In this document: one piece after another, positions 32,848-45,275 of the stretch
Layout: every line of letters begins with the position of its first letter
How positions within the stretch are numbered: the stretch's first letter is position 1
Source of the DNA: Williopsis jadinii
Lineage: Eukaryota
Assembly (NCBI GenBank): GCA_024346625.1
Contig: AP024666.1
Coordinates: 1,364,001 to 1,428,000 of the forward strand
Length of the DNA stretch: 64,000 bases
Reading direction: 5' to 3'
Made by a program: the position numbers and the translations under genes
Notes under the pieces: generated by a model
What the model saw: the letters and a program-made list of their open reading frames with translations, nothing else
Database searches by the model: none
Told to the model about the DNA's origin: nothing

Positions 32848-33750
32848 ATGGCTCTCGAGTCTCTTATACCAAAGTTCAGGTTCTCACGAATCCTCAACTC
32901 CAATGCCAATTCGAAATCTGTTGCGCTTTTAGGAACTGTCGAAGGACATGGCGAGGACCAGGCAATCTTACTATTAGAGAAGTCACTCTTTAATCTTTCC
33001 AGTTTTGACTCACTATCCTCTCAAATCGATCAGGTTCTGACGAGTGCAGAGAACGATATATATCAATGGGGTACCGGTACTTTGTACTCTGATGTGCAGC
33101 AGTCTCCAGATATTAAGATATCTTTGATCTTCCCAGCAACGGAGACGCATATCAAGAAACACGAGACACAACAGTTCCACATGGTTGAAGAGACTCCAGA
33201 GCTTTATAGGAAATTGGTTGTCCCATACATTAACTCTATGAAGGGAGATCGACTTCAATGGGTTAGAAATATCCTGTTTGACGGTGCAGAAGCTGAAAGA
33301 GTTGTCTTCAAATCCGAAGGGGAAGAGGGCTTTGTGATTCTCCCAGATTTGAAATGGGACGAGGTTAACATAGAACAGTTATACCTCGTGCTTATTGTAA
33401 ACAGAGAGGACATTGCCAGTATCAGAGATCTCAACTCCTCTCATATTGAATATTTAACGGCCTTAAGAGAGAGGGCATTGAATGCCGTTTCAATGAAGTA
33501 CAGTATTGCCAAGGATCAGCTGAGGCTCTTTGTACATTACCAACCAAGTTATTACCACTTCCATATCCATATTGTGAATGTCCAGCACTCTGGGCTCGGT
33601 GGCGGCGTCTCTGCTGGGAAGGCCATTCTCTTGGAAGATATCATTGATCAACTACAATGGTTGGGAGAGGAAGGATTTGAAAAGAGAACTCTTACTTATT
33701 CCCTCGGGGAGAACACAAAGCTATGGGCATTGCTAAAGGATGCTATATAG
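32848..33750 (+). CDS. DCS1: m7GpppX scavenger decapping enzyme (HIT family)
   Basis: ENDIY.W, LIFPATETHIKK, LPDLKWD, HYQPSYYHFHIH; likely start MALESLIPKF. Confidence 0.95.
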   Translation: MALESLIPKFRFSRILNSNANSKSVALLGTVEGHGEDQAILLLEKSLFNLSSFDSLSSQIDQVLTSAENDIYQWGTGTLYSDVQQSPDIKISLIFPATETHIKKHETQQFHMVEETPELYRKLVVPYINSMKGDRLQWVRNILFDGAEAERVVFKSEGEEGFVILPDLKWDEVNIEQLYLVLIVNREDIASIRDLNSSHIEYLTALRERALNAVSMKYSIAKDQLRLFVHYQPSYYHFHIHIVNVQHSGLGGGVSAGKAILLEDIIDQLQWLGEEGFEKRTLTYSLGENTKLWALLKDAI

Positions 33751-33911
33751 AGAGTGTATATGTATACCCCGTATTTGACTGAATTTTGTCTAAAGAGCTA
33801 CAATGCGTAGATCTTGTAGGTCTTCTATACTGATAGACTTTTTTTTTAGGTGGAGGACTTTGTCATGTTCATCAATTATGACACAGGCTCAATCGACAAT
33901 CAACCAGTTCA

Positions 33912-34880
33912 ATGCCAAGGAAGAGAGAATTACTCGGATTTGATTCTTCAGACTCAGATACCGGAGACAGTGAGCCCGAGTTGAAGAGGTCTCGCAAGAC
34001 CAAAGTGGTGTTTAAACCCTTAACACTTGGAGAGGAAGAGAGCACCACTGGTGATGAGCTTGACAAGTGCCATCGACAGGTGGACTACCTAACAATGTCC
34101 ATTGACGATGATGAATCTAAGAAGCCAGATAAGCCCAGAGAGAATACTACCATGTCTCATGTCGAGAGAACCCTTGAGAATCTCAGGAGACCGTTGTTTG
34201 GTCAAATAGTCGATGATCAGGGAGAGCACCAGGTTATAAGGCCCATTGCTACTAAGTCAAGGGGGTTATCTATCATGGAGAAGATGGGGTTCAAAGTAGG
34301 CGATGCCTTAGGGAAAGACCCTCAGGATGATACTGCTTTAAGAGAGCCTATTGCTGTATCTTCAAAGACTAACAGGGAAGGTATACGTGATGGATTGAGG
34401 AAGGGAGACGTTGATAAAGCGTTGTCTCCAGGCATCACGCTGGAAGACGAGAAGAGTTTTCAAAAGAGGCTTCAGCATGACCGGGATCAACAGCACAAGC
34501 ACAGACTCGTCGAGAAGCTGCAAAGACTGTGCTACGAGTTGGTTGACGGTGAGACTGATATCTACAAGGCCAAAGCGCGTGACCTCAACGTTATGTGGAG
34601 AGGTTACGTGGTGGATGTCCAGCGCAGGAAGAAGACCAAGGACACCATTGACACTGAAGAACACCATGGAGAAGCTGGTGAGTACGACGAAGATGATACC
34701 ACCCAGATTGATACAGAGTTACAGCTCTTTGACGAGGAACCCCTGGATACGAAGCTCAGCAAGTTGAGCCGCCACCTGAGAGCCAACTTCAACTACTGTT
34801 TTTGGTGTGGCGTACAATACGACAGTCCAGAGGACTTGTTCGCAAACTGTCCCGGCGAATGTGAATCGGATCACATCTAG
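33912..34880 (+). CDS. CMG1: G-patch plus DUF4187 protein (YLR271W/GPATCH11-like)
   Basis: G-patch SRGLSIMEKMGFKVGDALG; C-terminal LRANFNYCFWCGVQY...CPG...DH; adjacent to DCS1 as in S. cerevisiae. Confidence 0.85.
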   Translation: MPRKRELLGFDSSDSDTGDSEPELKRSRKTKVVFKPLTLGEEESTTGDELDKCHRQVDYLTMSIDDDESKKPDKPRENTTMSHVERTLENLRRPLFGQIVDDQGEHQVIRPIATKSRGLSIMEKMGFKVGDALGKDPQDDTALREPIAVSSKTNREGIRDGLRKGDVDKALSPGITLEDEKSFQKRLQHDRDQQHKHRLVEKLQRLCYELVDGETDIYKAKARDLNVMWRGYVVDVQRRKKTKDTIDTEEHHGEAGEYDEDDTTQIDTELQLFDEEPLDTKLSKLSRHLRANFNYCFWCGVQYDSPEDLFANCPGECESDHI

Positions 34881-35053
34881 AGGCATCTGAATATAACAAC
34901 TCCATGATCTGTAGTTACAGCTCTTCTCTTTGTAGATGTTGTTGTTGTTGTTGTGGTTTGTTGATGTTGCGTGTTTTGAAAATTCGGACGGGCTTAACGC
35001 TTCGTTCCAGGTGCTAAAACTTCACCAACCTTGGGCGGCTCAGTTGACCATCA

Positions 35054-35818
35054 ATGTCTCGCTATCACCAAATGCCTCGTCCGGTATCAAGCTCGAATAT
35101 CTCTGCGCTGAGGCTGGGGACTCCTGAAGTGTCGGCAACGGTGAGGGAGCGGAGGGTTGCCCAGCTGCCGATTTCTCAGAATCTCGACGAGTTTGAAGTG
35201 ACGCTCCAATCGTTGCTGACGTCGATATCGAGATACTCGCCGTCGGTATCTGATGCTGAGAAGCTGTTAGAGATTGAGAGCCGGCTGACCGTGTCGTTGG
35301 ATAACATCATTGCCCATCAGAGAGCAGGCCTTGACATTGATTCGCTAGAACAGCAAAGTTCCATTTTGGACAGCAACTGTCGGGAGATCATCATTGGCCT
35401 GAGTGATTGCAGAAAGAAGTTGATGGCACTTCCAAGTTTGGAGAGGGTTCAGAATGAGAAGAAAAGCATGTACGATGAACAGATAAAGGCTGAAGATTTA
35501 CTCTCGTACGCAATGAAACTGGCAAAGTTCACCACTGCGCCTGCTACTTTTGATACTGGGGCCATTGGCCCAAATAACTTCATATGGCCAGCAGAGGATT
35601 CTCTTAGAAGAGGGATGCTCGCAATAGCCTCGTTGAATGAGGATGAGCTCCTGGGAATCAAACCAGATGTTTCTAAAGATGGGGAGAACAATAAGGGCGA
35701 GGAAGATGAATCCACTCAAAATAGACGTGGTTCATTTGGTACATACGGAGGCAATGACGATGGTGATGATGGTGCCAACGTGATTGAGGACCTGGACTTG
35801 TTCGATATGGATGATTGA
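35054..35818 (+). CDS. MED4: Mediator subunit 4
   Basis: LLSYAMKLAKFT..P, PNNFIWPAEDSLRRGMLA, acidic tail DLDLFD. Confidence 0.93.
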   Translation: MSRYHQMPRPVSSSNISALRLGTPEVSATVRERRVAQLPISQNLDEFEVTLQSLLTSISRYSPSVSDAEKLLEIESRLTVSLDNIIAHQRAGLDIDSLEQQSSILDSNCREIIIGLSDCRKKLMALPSLERVQNEKKSMYDEQIKAEDLLSYAMKLAKFTTAPATFDTGAIGPNNFIWPAEDSLRRGMLAIASLNEDELLGIKPDVSKDGENNKGEEDESTQNRRGSFGTYGGNDDGDDGANVIEDLDLFDMDD

Positions 35819-35876
35819 TAAAGATAATAATAATAATAGTATTGAGATATTGCTTCTATATATACAAGTTAACATT

Positions 35877-37043
<1,167 letters not shown>

Positions 37044-37322
37044 TCACAGTTTCAAACAACGACGACAACAGCAGCAAGAACAACAACAACAATGGTTGAA
37101 AAGGAGGAAAGAAACATCACTTAAAAATAGTGGAAAGTCCGATATGATGGGCAACATCGTATAGGTACGTGCGCCAACCAGGCATCTCAGGCCGAACAAT
37201 CTTTATATGCCCGGTGAAGTTCACGAGCTCTCAAAAGGCGTGAAATTTATACGAAGCCGTCACTCAACTGTCGAGAAAACACCCAGATTGCCTTGACTTT
37301 GCTGCCAGTGATTGATCACGCC

Positions 37323-39095
37323 ATGGTTCAATTCGTTGCTAATAAGATTGCAGAATGGTCGCTGTCAACAGGTGTTGATGAGGCGACGCTGAAATTGGCG
37401 ATTTGCTTGTTTGCTTCGTTTCCTCTCAACGCCATCTTGAAGAGGTTCCCAGATCGGGACGTTACGTTGAAGAACTGCTATGTCGTGACGATCTCCATGA
37501 TTTACCTGTTTGTGATCTGTGACCTGTATAGCGGGTTCCGTACGCTGTTTATCAGTTCTTGCTTCACCTTCTTCATCACCCGTTATTTGAATTCTAACCT
37601 GATGCCTCTGATCAACTTCACGTTCGTCATGGGTCATCTTGCACTGAACCATCTGTCCTTACAATTTTTCCAAGACTACGACTCCACTAAGATCGACATC
37701 ACAGGTGCTCAGATGGTGCTTGTGATGAAACTTTCTGCATTCGGTTGGAACGTTCATGACGGAAGACAACCAGAGTCTGAATTAACACCGGCTCAGAAGT
37801 ACAGAGCTGTTAAGGAGCATCCTTCGTTTCTAAGCTTTATGAGTTTTGCCTTCTTCTATCCTTCGTTGCTAACCGGTCCTTCTTTCGAATTCGTCGATTA
37901 TCAACAATGGCTGAACTCAGAAATGTTCTCCGACTTACCGGAAAGTAAGAAGCCAGGTAAGAAGAGGAAAAGAGCAATTCCAAAGTCAGGTAAAGTTGCC
38001 TTCTACAGAGTCTGTCAAGCAATTGGATGGCTTCTAATCTGGCAAAAGTCCAATGGCTATGTTCAGATGTCCTACTTGTTTGAGAAGGATTTCTTGTCGC
38101 AGAATTTTGTCTCTAAAGTTTGGTATCTGTACGTGCTCGGATTCTCCTACAGATTGAAATACTACGCTGCCTGGACCATCTCTGAAGCATCATGTATCGT
38201 CTGTGGGTTGGGCTACAACGGATATGACCATGAGACAAAGACAATCTTATGGAATAGAGTACAGAATATCGACATTTGGGGAGTTGAATCCGCTCAAAAT
38301 ATACACGTTGTGCTTTCAGCATGGAACCAGAACACGAACAAATGGTTGAAAAATTATGTCTATCTAAGAACCGTTAAAAAGGGTAAGAAACCAGGGTTTA
38401 GAAGCACGCTGGCTACTTTCCTCACTTCTGCATTCTGGCATGGCACGAGACCAGGTTATTACTTGGCCTTTGCCACGGGTGCCATCGTTCAAACTTGTAA
38501 CAGAATGTATAGACGTAACTTGAGACCAATGTTCCTTGAAGCCGATGGAATCACTCCAAAGGAAAACAAATTCTGGTATGATGTTGCATCCTACATTGCT
38601 ACACAGGCTGCGCTGTCTTATATGGTTCAACCGTTTATGATCCTCGACTTTAAGAAATCCCTTTACGTCTGGGGCACCGTCTATTACTATGTCCACATCA
38701 TTATGGCTTTGACAATTTTTGCATTTGCAGGACCTTTCAAGAATCAAATCAAAGCTTACTTGCAGAAGCATGTTCCTGTGCAGAAGGAATCAGTGACTCA
38801 AATCATCAAGGAAAAGGCAGAGAACGAATCTCAAGATGACGTCCACCTGGGTATTCCGGAGGCTAACTTTGATGATCCTGACTTCGTGAACAAACTTGCA
38901 AAGGAGCTCGAAGATATCAAACAGGATATGAAGGATTGGCAAGACTGCAATGGTCCTGAACTTGAAGAGGAGAACTTGAGAAGGGCCTTTGCTAAGCTGT
39001 CTGCTGACCTTGAAGACTTCAAGAAAGAAGCAAAAGCAGATATTGAAAGACGCCGTGCAGCTAGGGAGGAGAACAAGGGAAAGAAAACAAAATAA
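37323..39095 (+). CDS. ALE1: Lysophospholipid acyltransferase (MBOAT)
   Basis: DITGAQMVLVMKL, WNQNTNKWLKNYVYLR, SAFWHGTRPGYY; C-terminal KKTK ER-retrieval signal. Confidence 0.96.
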   Translation: MVQFVANKIAEWSLSTGVDEATLKLAICLFASFPLNAILKRFPDRDVTLKNCYVVTISMIYLFVICDLYSGFRTLFISSCFTFFITRYLNSNLMPLINFTFVMGHLALNHLSLQFFQDYDSTKIDITGAQMVLVMKLSAFGWNVHDGRQPESELTPAQKYRAVKEHPSFLSFMSFAFFYPSLLTGPSFEFVDYQQWLNSEMFSDLPESKKPGKKRKRAIPKSGKVAFYRVCQAIGWLLIWQKSNGYVQMSYLFEKDFLSQNFVSKVWYLYVLGFSYRLKYYAAWTISEASCIVCGLGYNGYDHETKTILWNRVQNIDIWGVESAQNIHVVLSAWNQNTNKWLKNYVYLRTVKKGKKPGFRSTLATFLTSAFWHGTRPGYYLAFATGAIVQTCNRMYRRNLRPMFLEADGITPKENKFWYDVASYIATQAALSYMVQPFMILDFKKSLYVWGTVYYYVHIIMALTIFAFAGPFKNQIKAYLQKHVPVQKESVTQIIKEKAENESQDDVHLGIPEANFDDPDFVNKLAKELEDIKQDMKDWQDCNGPELEEENLRRAFAKLSADLEDFKKEAKADIERRRAAREENKGKKTK

Positions 39096-39130
39096 ATTGT
39101 ACATATCTAACATGAGTCAACATTCATTCA

Positions 39131-42100
39131 CTAATTTCTGGCCGAAACCATTGTGTATCCAGCTTCTAAAGCTTGGGTTACTTGATCGTTCTTGACAGGA
39201 AGTGCATTCAAAACAAACGCAACATCGTTCCACTGTTGTTCATTCTCAACTTTGGACAATCTCTGTAATAATTTTTCACTGAGTTGCTTTTGATGTCTCT
39301 CCTTTTCAATGAAGGAAAGCAAGAACTTGAGAATGTGCTTCATGGAATCCTTCTCCAAGTTCTTATCATTTGACAATCCACTGAAAATATCAATGAATCC
39401 ATTATATATGGCATTGTCCTTACCTGCTAGTTCGGTAAAGAATAATCTACACATATCACTTATACCTTGATCCGGATCCTCAAGGCACAACGCCATTTGT
39501 GAAAGTTGACCCTTAACTTTAACCTGGCCAGCTAAAATCAAGAAAGTGATGGTCATCAAACATGTACGTTTAACCATCAAATCCTCATCATGTAGACGAC
39601 GATACAAGAAGTCGGTGTTCTCATCCACAAGGTTGTTAAAACAAACAGCCATATCACCAAGACCCAAAACGGCATTCGAGCGGATTACTGGATCATCAGA
39701 CTTCTCCATGATGGTAATCAAGAGGGCCAAGTTATCTTCACAATATTTGGAAGAAACACACATCAATTTTTCCAAGCATAAGACAGCGGATCGTTGGAGA
39801 ATCTTGTTGTCGTATTTCAAATTGTTCAGGCAGATTTCCCTAACCATGGGCCCAAATCTCATCAAGAGCGAATGTTCACCGTATAGTAATTCTTTCTCCT
39901 TGATGAATGTAATAGCATCGGCAAAGTCATCTTCCGATGTACCTCCTATCATTTCAAGCTCATTGGTATTAGAGTTCTTCTCGTCTGACTTGGTGATCTC
40001 AGCCTCAATCTTCTTCCTTTTGAACTGCGTTTCGAGTGCCTCCAAGTGTACAATAACCTTGATAGCCACATGTCCAACAATGAACAAAAGCTGTGAAAGG
40101 GAAACCAATTGGGATTGGTTTTCGTTGTGAGCACTAAATGTCATACGTGTCTTCTCCTTTATAATTTGTGTGGAAACTTCTTCCGGATGATGAGAGAGTG
40201 TAAATATTGCGTTGATAGCCGGTTCAGCAACGCTATAATATTCACTATTGGCATTGTACTCAACAAGAAGAGAGCCAAGTCTCTTAACAACCTCCTCTTC
40301 TCTTGGGATTTTGAATGTACTCTGCTTATCGCCTTGTACAACAGCACGATTCAATGCTATACAGGAATATTTGGCCAATAAGAGGTCCTGTTTACCTTTT
40401 TCTCCGAGACCAATGGATAACAAAGAATCAAGACCACGAAGTGAAATTTCATGGTCAGATAATGCAAGCATACCCAATACTATTATAGCGCCACGACGTT
40501 GCTTTTTAGAGAATGTTTCATTCTGGAAAGCATAAATCTGCCATAGAACTTTAACCACTGCTTCATTGATGAGGGAAGATTCGTACATCATACAGAGTAA
40601 CTTTTCCAAAGATACAAGTTCGGGAACACTAGCATTGTACGTCAAAGATATCAAGTTTTTAGCTATCAAAGCGGCAGCTTCAACCTCTGATGCATCATCT
40701 GGTGCCAATAAGAACAAATTCTTGTAGCACTCCACTAGATGTGTTGCAACGTTTGTTCCCTCATCATTGTTACTTTTCATCCATACCAGGTGGAGCATCT
40801 TACGTATACCAGTATTGATTGTTTCAACCGCATAAGCATCTGCAAGTACGAAGAAGTCCATTGTTTCGATAACTTCGTTCTTGTTCTTAGAGTAAAGTAG
40901 TTGAGAAGCCACAGTGACACCCCTATGAAGAAGTTCAATGAATTCAATAGCGTCATTGTAGTATTGAATCGTCAATTTAACTTTGAAGATTGCATTTGAA
41001 TCGCTTTCCTTTTCAATTCTTGAGGGAAGTTCTGAAAGCTCATCATCTCCATTTTCTGATTCCAATTCCAAATTCTTTTCAATTACGTCATCTGCCGTTT
41101 CCTGGGGTTCAAGTTGCTCGAGCTCTTTTTCCGCTTCTTCAAGTCTCTTTTTCCATGTAGATAACTTGAGCTGTGTTCCATGTAAGGCACCAAATGGATG
41201 CGTCAATATGAGTCTCGACATTAATCTGACAGCATTTCTTCTAACCAAAGAACTCTTATCCTCCAAACTTCGAACTGCAAGTTGTAAGAACATTTGACGG
41301 TGTTTAGTGAATTTTGCATCAGCATCGCATAGCTTTAACAAGGACTGTACAGCTTTCGTTCTGACATATGGGTTTTGATCCAAGAACCTCTCCACGAGGA
41401 GATCTAACAATGCAGAAACAGAATTTTTATGACGTTCCAGCTCATCCTCATCTTTACTAATTTCAACAACAATATTACCACATGATTCGACAACAGCACA
41501 GCGTAATGTGTAAGAAGTGTTGTTTAACAGTTGTGAAACTAGAGTCATCTGCTTAAGTAACACACGAGGTACAAGTTCAGAGACTTTCACAATAAAGAGC
41601 GATATCTGTTTCGGTCCATTGTTGTCATTAGCATTGAACTCCTTGTTACTGACTTCTCTCAAGACATCTTCTGTTAGCTGCGGATAGTCATACTGATCAT
41701 TCAGTATTTGTAAGAGCTCAGCCATGACAGAATTCAAATGGCCAAAATATGTCAAATTTTGTATGATTGCACTTTGAGCAGCTGACGCGTGTCCATGGAA
41801 CTTCACAGCCATGGATATGACTTTGAACATGTACATCTTAAGTCCAACAACTTTAATTCTTGGCTCGCTCTCCATCAAGACATAAATTGGTCTTGTAAAC
41901 GCGCCGATAAACAAGTCCTTTTCCGGTGTGGTGACAAATAGCTTTGAAAGGTGTAGCTTCAAGCAGGTACACACAGATTCCATTAATGTCTCTAAATGGG
42001 TACAGTTGGCCTTGAAGCTTTCCAATGCACCAGCTGTAACCCTTTTCGTTATGGAATTAGTAGCAATAGGTTCTAGTCCCAAATGAGTGAAGAGACAGTG

Positions 42101-42433
42101 TACGAGGTACGAATATGCCTCCAAGAGTTGTTTCTGTGAGCTAAACGCATCTGTTTGGCCACTTTCAATCACCGCTGCCGCATTATCACATTGATTGTGT
42201 AAGCATGACGCTATGATCTGTACCAATTTGCCTTGTTGTTTCTTACTCAAGGTGGGATAAGCCAATACCAGTTCCTCTAACGATTCCCAAATATTTGTGT
42301 CCACTATCGACTCTGATGATCCGCCTAGGGCTGCTTCGACTTCATTGAATAAGTTCGATGGATCAGAGCATGTGAATGAGCCTTGTTCCGCTTGTTGAAA
42401 TGCAATAAGCGCTTCAGAAAGATTGAAATCCAT
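39131..42433 (-). CDS. YCS4: Condensin HEAT subunit Ycs4/Cnd1
   Basis: ERFLDQNPYVR, GIRKMLHLVW, ELEMIGGTSEDDF, IRSNAVLGLGDMAVCF, LILAGQVKVKGQL; likely start MDFNL. Confidence 0.96.
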   Translation of the reverse strand: MDFNLSEALIAFQQAEQGSFTCSDPSNLFNEVEAALGGSSESIVDTNIWESLEELVLAYPTLSKKQQGKLVQIIASCLHNQCDNAAAVIESGQTDAFSSQKQLLEAYSYLVHCLFTHLGLEPIATNSITKRVTAGALESFKANCTHLETLMESVCTCLKLHLSKLFVTTPEKDLFIGAFTRPIYVLMESEPRIKVVGLKMYMFKVISMAVKFHGHASAAQSAIIQNLTYFGHLNSVMAELLQILNDQYDYPQLTEDVLREVSNKEFNANDNNGPKQISLFIVKVSELVPRVLLKQMTLVSQLLNNTSYTLRCAVVESCGNIVVEISKDEDELERHKNSVSALLDLLVERFLDQNPYVRTKAVQSLLKLCDADAKFTKHRQMFLQLAVRSLEDKSSLVRRNAVRLMSRLILTHPFGALHGTQLKLSTWKKRLEEAEKELEQLEPQETADDVIEKNLELESENGDDELSELPSRIEKESDSNAIFKVKLTIQYYNDAIEFIELLHRGVTVASQLLYSKNKNEVIETMDFFVLADAYAVETINTGIRKMLHLVWMKSNNDEGTNVATHLVECYKNLFLLAPDDASEVEAAALIAKNLISLTYNASVPELVSLEKLLCMMYESSLINEAVVKVLWQIYAFQNETFSKKQRRGAIIVLGMLALSDHEISLRGLDSLLSIGLGEKGKQDLLLAKYSCIALNRAVVQGDKQSTFKIPREEEVVKRLGSLLVEYNANSEYYSVAEPAINAIFTLSHHPEEVSTQIIKEKTRMTFSAHNENQSQLVSLSQLLFIVGHVAIKVIVHLEALETQFKRKKIEAEITKSDEKNSNTNELEMIGGTSEDDFADAITFIKEKELLYGEHSLLMRFGPMVREICLNNLKYDNKILQRSAVLCLEKLMCVSSKYCEDNLALLITIMEKSDDPVIRSNAVLGLGDMAVCFNNLVDENTDFLYRRLHDEDLMVKRTCLMTITFLILAGQVKVKGQLSQMALCLEDPDQGISDMCRLFFTELAGKDNAIYNGFIDIFSGLSNDKNLEKDSMKHILKFLLSFIEKERHQKQLSEKLLQRLSKVENEQQWNDVAFVLNALPVKNDQVTQALEAGYTMVSARN

Positions 42434-42889
42434 GTGTTTGTGTGCTCTTAACCTCCAGCTATTATATTGTTTGTTTACTATTAAAGATTTGATGATTGTT
42501 TTTGTTTTTGTTTTTTTCCGCTTTTGTGTCCTCCTCTTCAAACTTTGTCGCCAACAAAACAAAAACAAATCGAGCATCCTAAGCGTTGTCATGGAAACCA
42601 TAAAAACTTTAGGTTGATGTCTGGATGTAATGTTGTTGTGTGTTTTTTTGCTTTTTTTTGCTTTTTTGTTGGAGTTTTACCATCGGGAATTGTTCAATTG
42701 GGCGAAAAGAAAAGATCACGAAAACCCACCACAAACGCTGCACAGGGTAACTGAATCTCCACTTTCCACATTAGAGTTGTTGTTGTGTACAATTTATCCT
42801 CCGGTTCTTTTAAGGCTTTTTATCTCCACACCCCCACAAAGTTCTTACTCCTTTTTTTCAGCTTGAACTCCTTCTTTCATTTATATATA

Positions 42890-44308
42890 ATGCTTTCAAG
42901 AGTAGCAAGGGCAAACAGTATAAGACAACTCAGTGCATCAAGAGTTTCTGCAATGGTGTCATATTCCACAACCACAGTTCCACCTCAGGAGGAAGACGAT
43001 GTTATTTTTGAGAACTATAACGCTGCCAGAGTAATTACACTCAACAGAGCTAAGAAGCTCAACTCTTTGAACACCAGCATGCTGACCAAGATTTATCCAC
43101 GTATGGTTGAATACTCAAAGTCTGACTTGACAAAGGTGATCATTCAAAAGTCGAACGGTAGAGCTTTCTGTGCTGGTGGTGACGTTGCAGAGTGTGCCAA
43201 TGCCAACATAGCTGGAGAGCCGGCCAAGAGTGTTGAGTTTTTTCAGAAGGAGTACTCTCTGAATTACCTATACTCGGGATATCCAAAGCCAGTTGTTTCG
43301 TTGACCCATGGCATCACAATGGGTGGTGGTGTTGGTCTTTCTGTCCATACACCATTTAGAATTGCCACTGAAACCACCAGGTGGGCAATGCCAGAGATGG
43401 ACATTGGTTATTTCCCGGATGTTGGAACCACATTTGCATTGAATAAAGTTGTTCCAAGTTCATTTGGATGGTACTTGGCCCTTACTGGTGAAAGCATCTT
43501 TGGTTGGGACGCCTACTTTGTAGGCTTGGCTACCCATTATGTGCCTTCTCATAGATTGCCAGAGCTCATCAAGGCATTATCCACGGTTTCCTATTCCAAT
43601 GCTGACCCATTCACCGTTGTCAACAACGTTATCGAAGATTTCACGGAGTCCTTGCCACAAGGTTACAAGTTCAAGTATTCTGTCGAACAATTACAATTGC
43701 TCGAAAAGGTGTTCCACGAGTCTGCTACGATTGAGTCTATCTTTGAAGATTTAGAGAAGGCAAACACGGAATTTTCATTGGCAACATTGGAAACCTTGAA
43801 GAAGAAATCACCACTATCTTTAAAGGTTGCTCTTGAGTTGCTCCAACGTGGATCACAATCTAATATCCATGAGGCTTTGACCAATGAGATTCATGCTGCA
43901 AAGCAATTCATGAAGGACTCTGACTTCAACGAAGGTGTCTCTGCAAAACTCATTAGAAAATCTAAGGAAATTCCAAACTGGAAACACAAGTCTCCATCTG
44001 AGGTCACGGTCAAGGAGATCCTTCCATTTTTGAAGTCCGATGCCAGCTTACAATTGGATAACCATTTCAACTTGACCTTTACCGAGTATCCACACAACTT
44101 TGGTCTTCCAAAGGAATCAGAGATTCGTTCTTTCATTGATGGCGCGGATGGTGTCCTTGAGAAGGGCACAGTAACAAAGCAAAATGTCTTTGATCATTTC
44201 ACTACCCATCCAAAGTATGCGCACAAATCAGGAATCATTGAGTACTTGAACTTGGTGTTGAGTACAAGAGTTGACTCGGTTGATCAAAAGTTGAAGTGGA
44301 AGTTATAA
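42890..44308 (+). CDS. EHD3: 3-hydroxyisobutyryl-CoA hydrolase / mitoribosomal mS47
   Basis: Mitochondrial presequence; LNRAKKLNSLN, AFCAGGDV, GITMGGGVGLS, AMPEMDIG.FPDVG. Confidence 0.93.
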   Translation: MLSRVARANSIRQLSASRVSAMVSYSTTTVPPQEEDDVIFENYNAARVITLNRAKKLNSLNTSMLTKIYPRMVEYSKSDLTKVIIQKSNGRAFCAGGDVAECANANIAGEPAKSVEFFQKEYSLNYLYSGYPKPVVSLTHGITMGGGVGLSVHTPFRIATETTRWAMPEMDIGYFPDVGTTFALNKVVPSSFGWYLALTGESIFGWDAYFVGLATHYVPSHRLPELIKALSTVSYSNADPFTVVNNVIEDFTESLPQGYKFKYSVEQLQLLEKVFHESATIESIFEDLEKANTEFSLATLETLKKKSPLSLKVALELLQRGSQSNIHEALTNEIHAAKQFMKDSDFNEGVSAKLIRKSKEIPNWKHKSPSEVTVKEILPFLKSDASLQLDNHFNLTFTEYPHNFGLPKESEIRSFIDGADGVLEKGTVTKQNVFDHFTTHPKYAHKSGIIEYLNLVLSTRVDSVDQKLKWKL

Positions 44309-44383
44309 TCGTCATTTGAGCAGTTTGTACATAGAGATTTAAATAAATCATTATATTGACATATATATCTATATATATACTCA

Positions 44384-44809
44384 TCAATCGTTAGTTCTCT
44401 CTATTATATCCTTGACCGAGGGTTCTAACTCTGAAAACTCAGTGCTGATCTTTTGCGCCAACACGTCCCGTAGTTGTCTCATTGCAACCATTTTGCCTCT
44501 CAAGTATTGATTTGATTTCCTCGTTGCTTCCACAAACTCTCTAGTGTACACGTCAGGATTTCTTCCATCTTCAATGTATTGTACTACATCCAGAGGTATT
44601 TGAACGTTGTCCAATGCAGTCAGATTTGACCTTTGAAGCTTTTCCAAGTTTTCCACAGTGGAGTTCATCACAATAGCTAACCCGTCACGGGAGCTCTCTG
44701 TGCCTTGGAAATCATGAACTTGTACCAATAACTCGGTTGTGATATCAGTGAGGTTGTGTAATATGTTCTTTGCCGATTCTATAGCTTCATCTGTATTTGT
44801 TGACGCCAT
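44384..44809 (-). CDS. NUT2: Mediator subunit 10
   Basis: IPLDVVQYIEDGRNPDVYTREFVE...NQYLRGK; divergent from MET16 as in S. cerevisiae. Confidence 0.95.
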   Translation of the reverse strand: MASTNTDEAIESAKNILHNLTDITTELLVQVHDFQGTESSRDGLAIVMNSTVENLEKLQRSNLTALDNVQIPLDVVQYIEDGRNPDVYTREFVEATRKSNQYLRGKMVAMRQLRDVLAQKISTEFSELEPSVKDIIERTND

Positions 44810-44969
44810 TGTTGTGTCTGCTTGCTTCTGTCTTAAGCAGTGTTCAACATTATGTCCTTGGGGTTTTTTTGCTGTGTATTAGAGTAGTGCGCGATCCAGA
44901 TGCATTTTGAATATATATGGAATCCAGATCTTGGTATATCTGTATTAGGAAGTCAAGATATTTAATACA

Positions 44970-45010
44970 GCCACAACTAGCCACAGTTTAGCCACAGTTT
45001 AGCCACATGG
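44970..45010 (-). promoter_or_regulatory. Tandem Met31/Met32 sites (AAACTGTGGC) in the MET16 promoter
   Basis: GCCACAGTTT at 44980-44989 and 44991-45000; GCCACA cores at 44970 and 45002. Confidence 0.85.
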
Positions 45011-45027
45011 AAAAAATTTGGCGTAAT

Positions 45028-45034
45028 TCACGTG
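45028..45034 (+). promoter_or_regulatory. Cbf1 site (TCACGTG) in the MET16 promoter
   Basis: Exact E-box next to Met31/32 sites upstream of a sulfur-assimilation gene. Confidence 0.8.
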
Positions 45035-45275
45035 AAGTGAAGTAAACCTTATTCAATGGAAGAGAGTTAGATTGTATTTCTCTTCTGTCGAAGGATAGAA
45101 AAAAAATTTTATTCTCTCTCTCTCATACTTTCTCACATATCGTATCGTTGTAGTTGTCACTGGTTTGTGGTATTGAATAGACCTTGACTGCATTCACGAC
45201 ACCTTAACTGACAACATCTTGCTTCTGTGCCTCACATCTACACCTACATACCGATATAATTACACCAAACACGAG

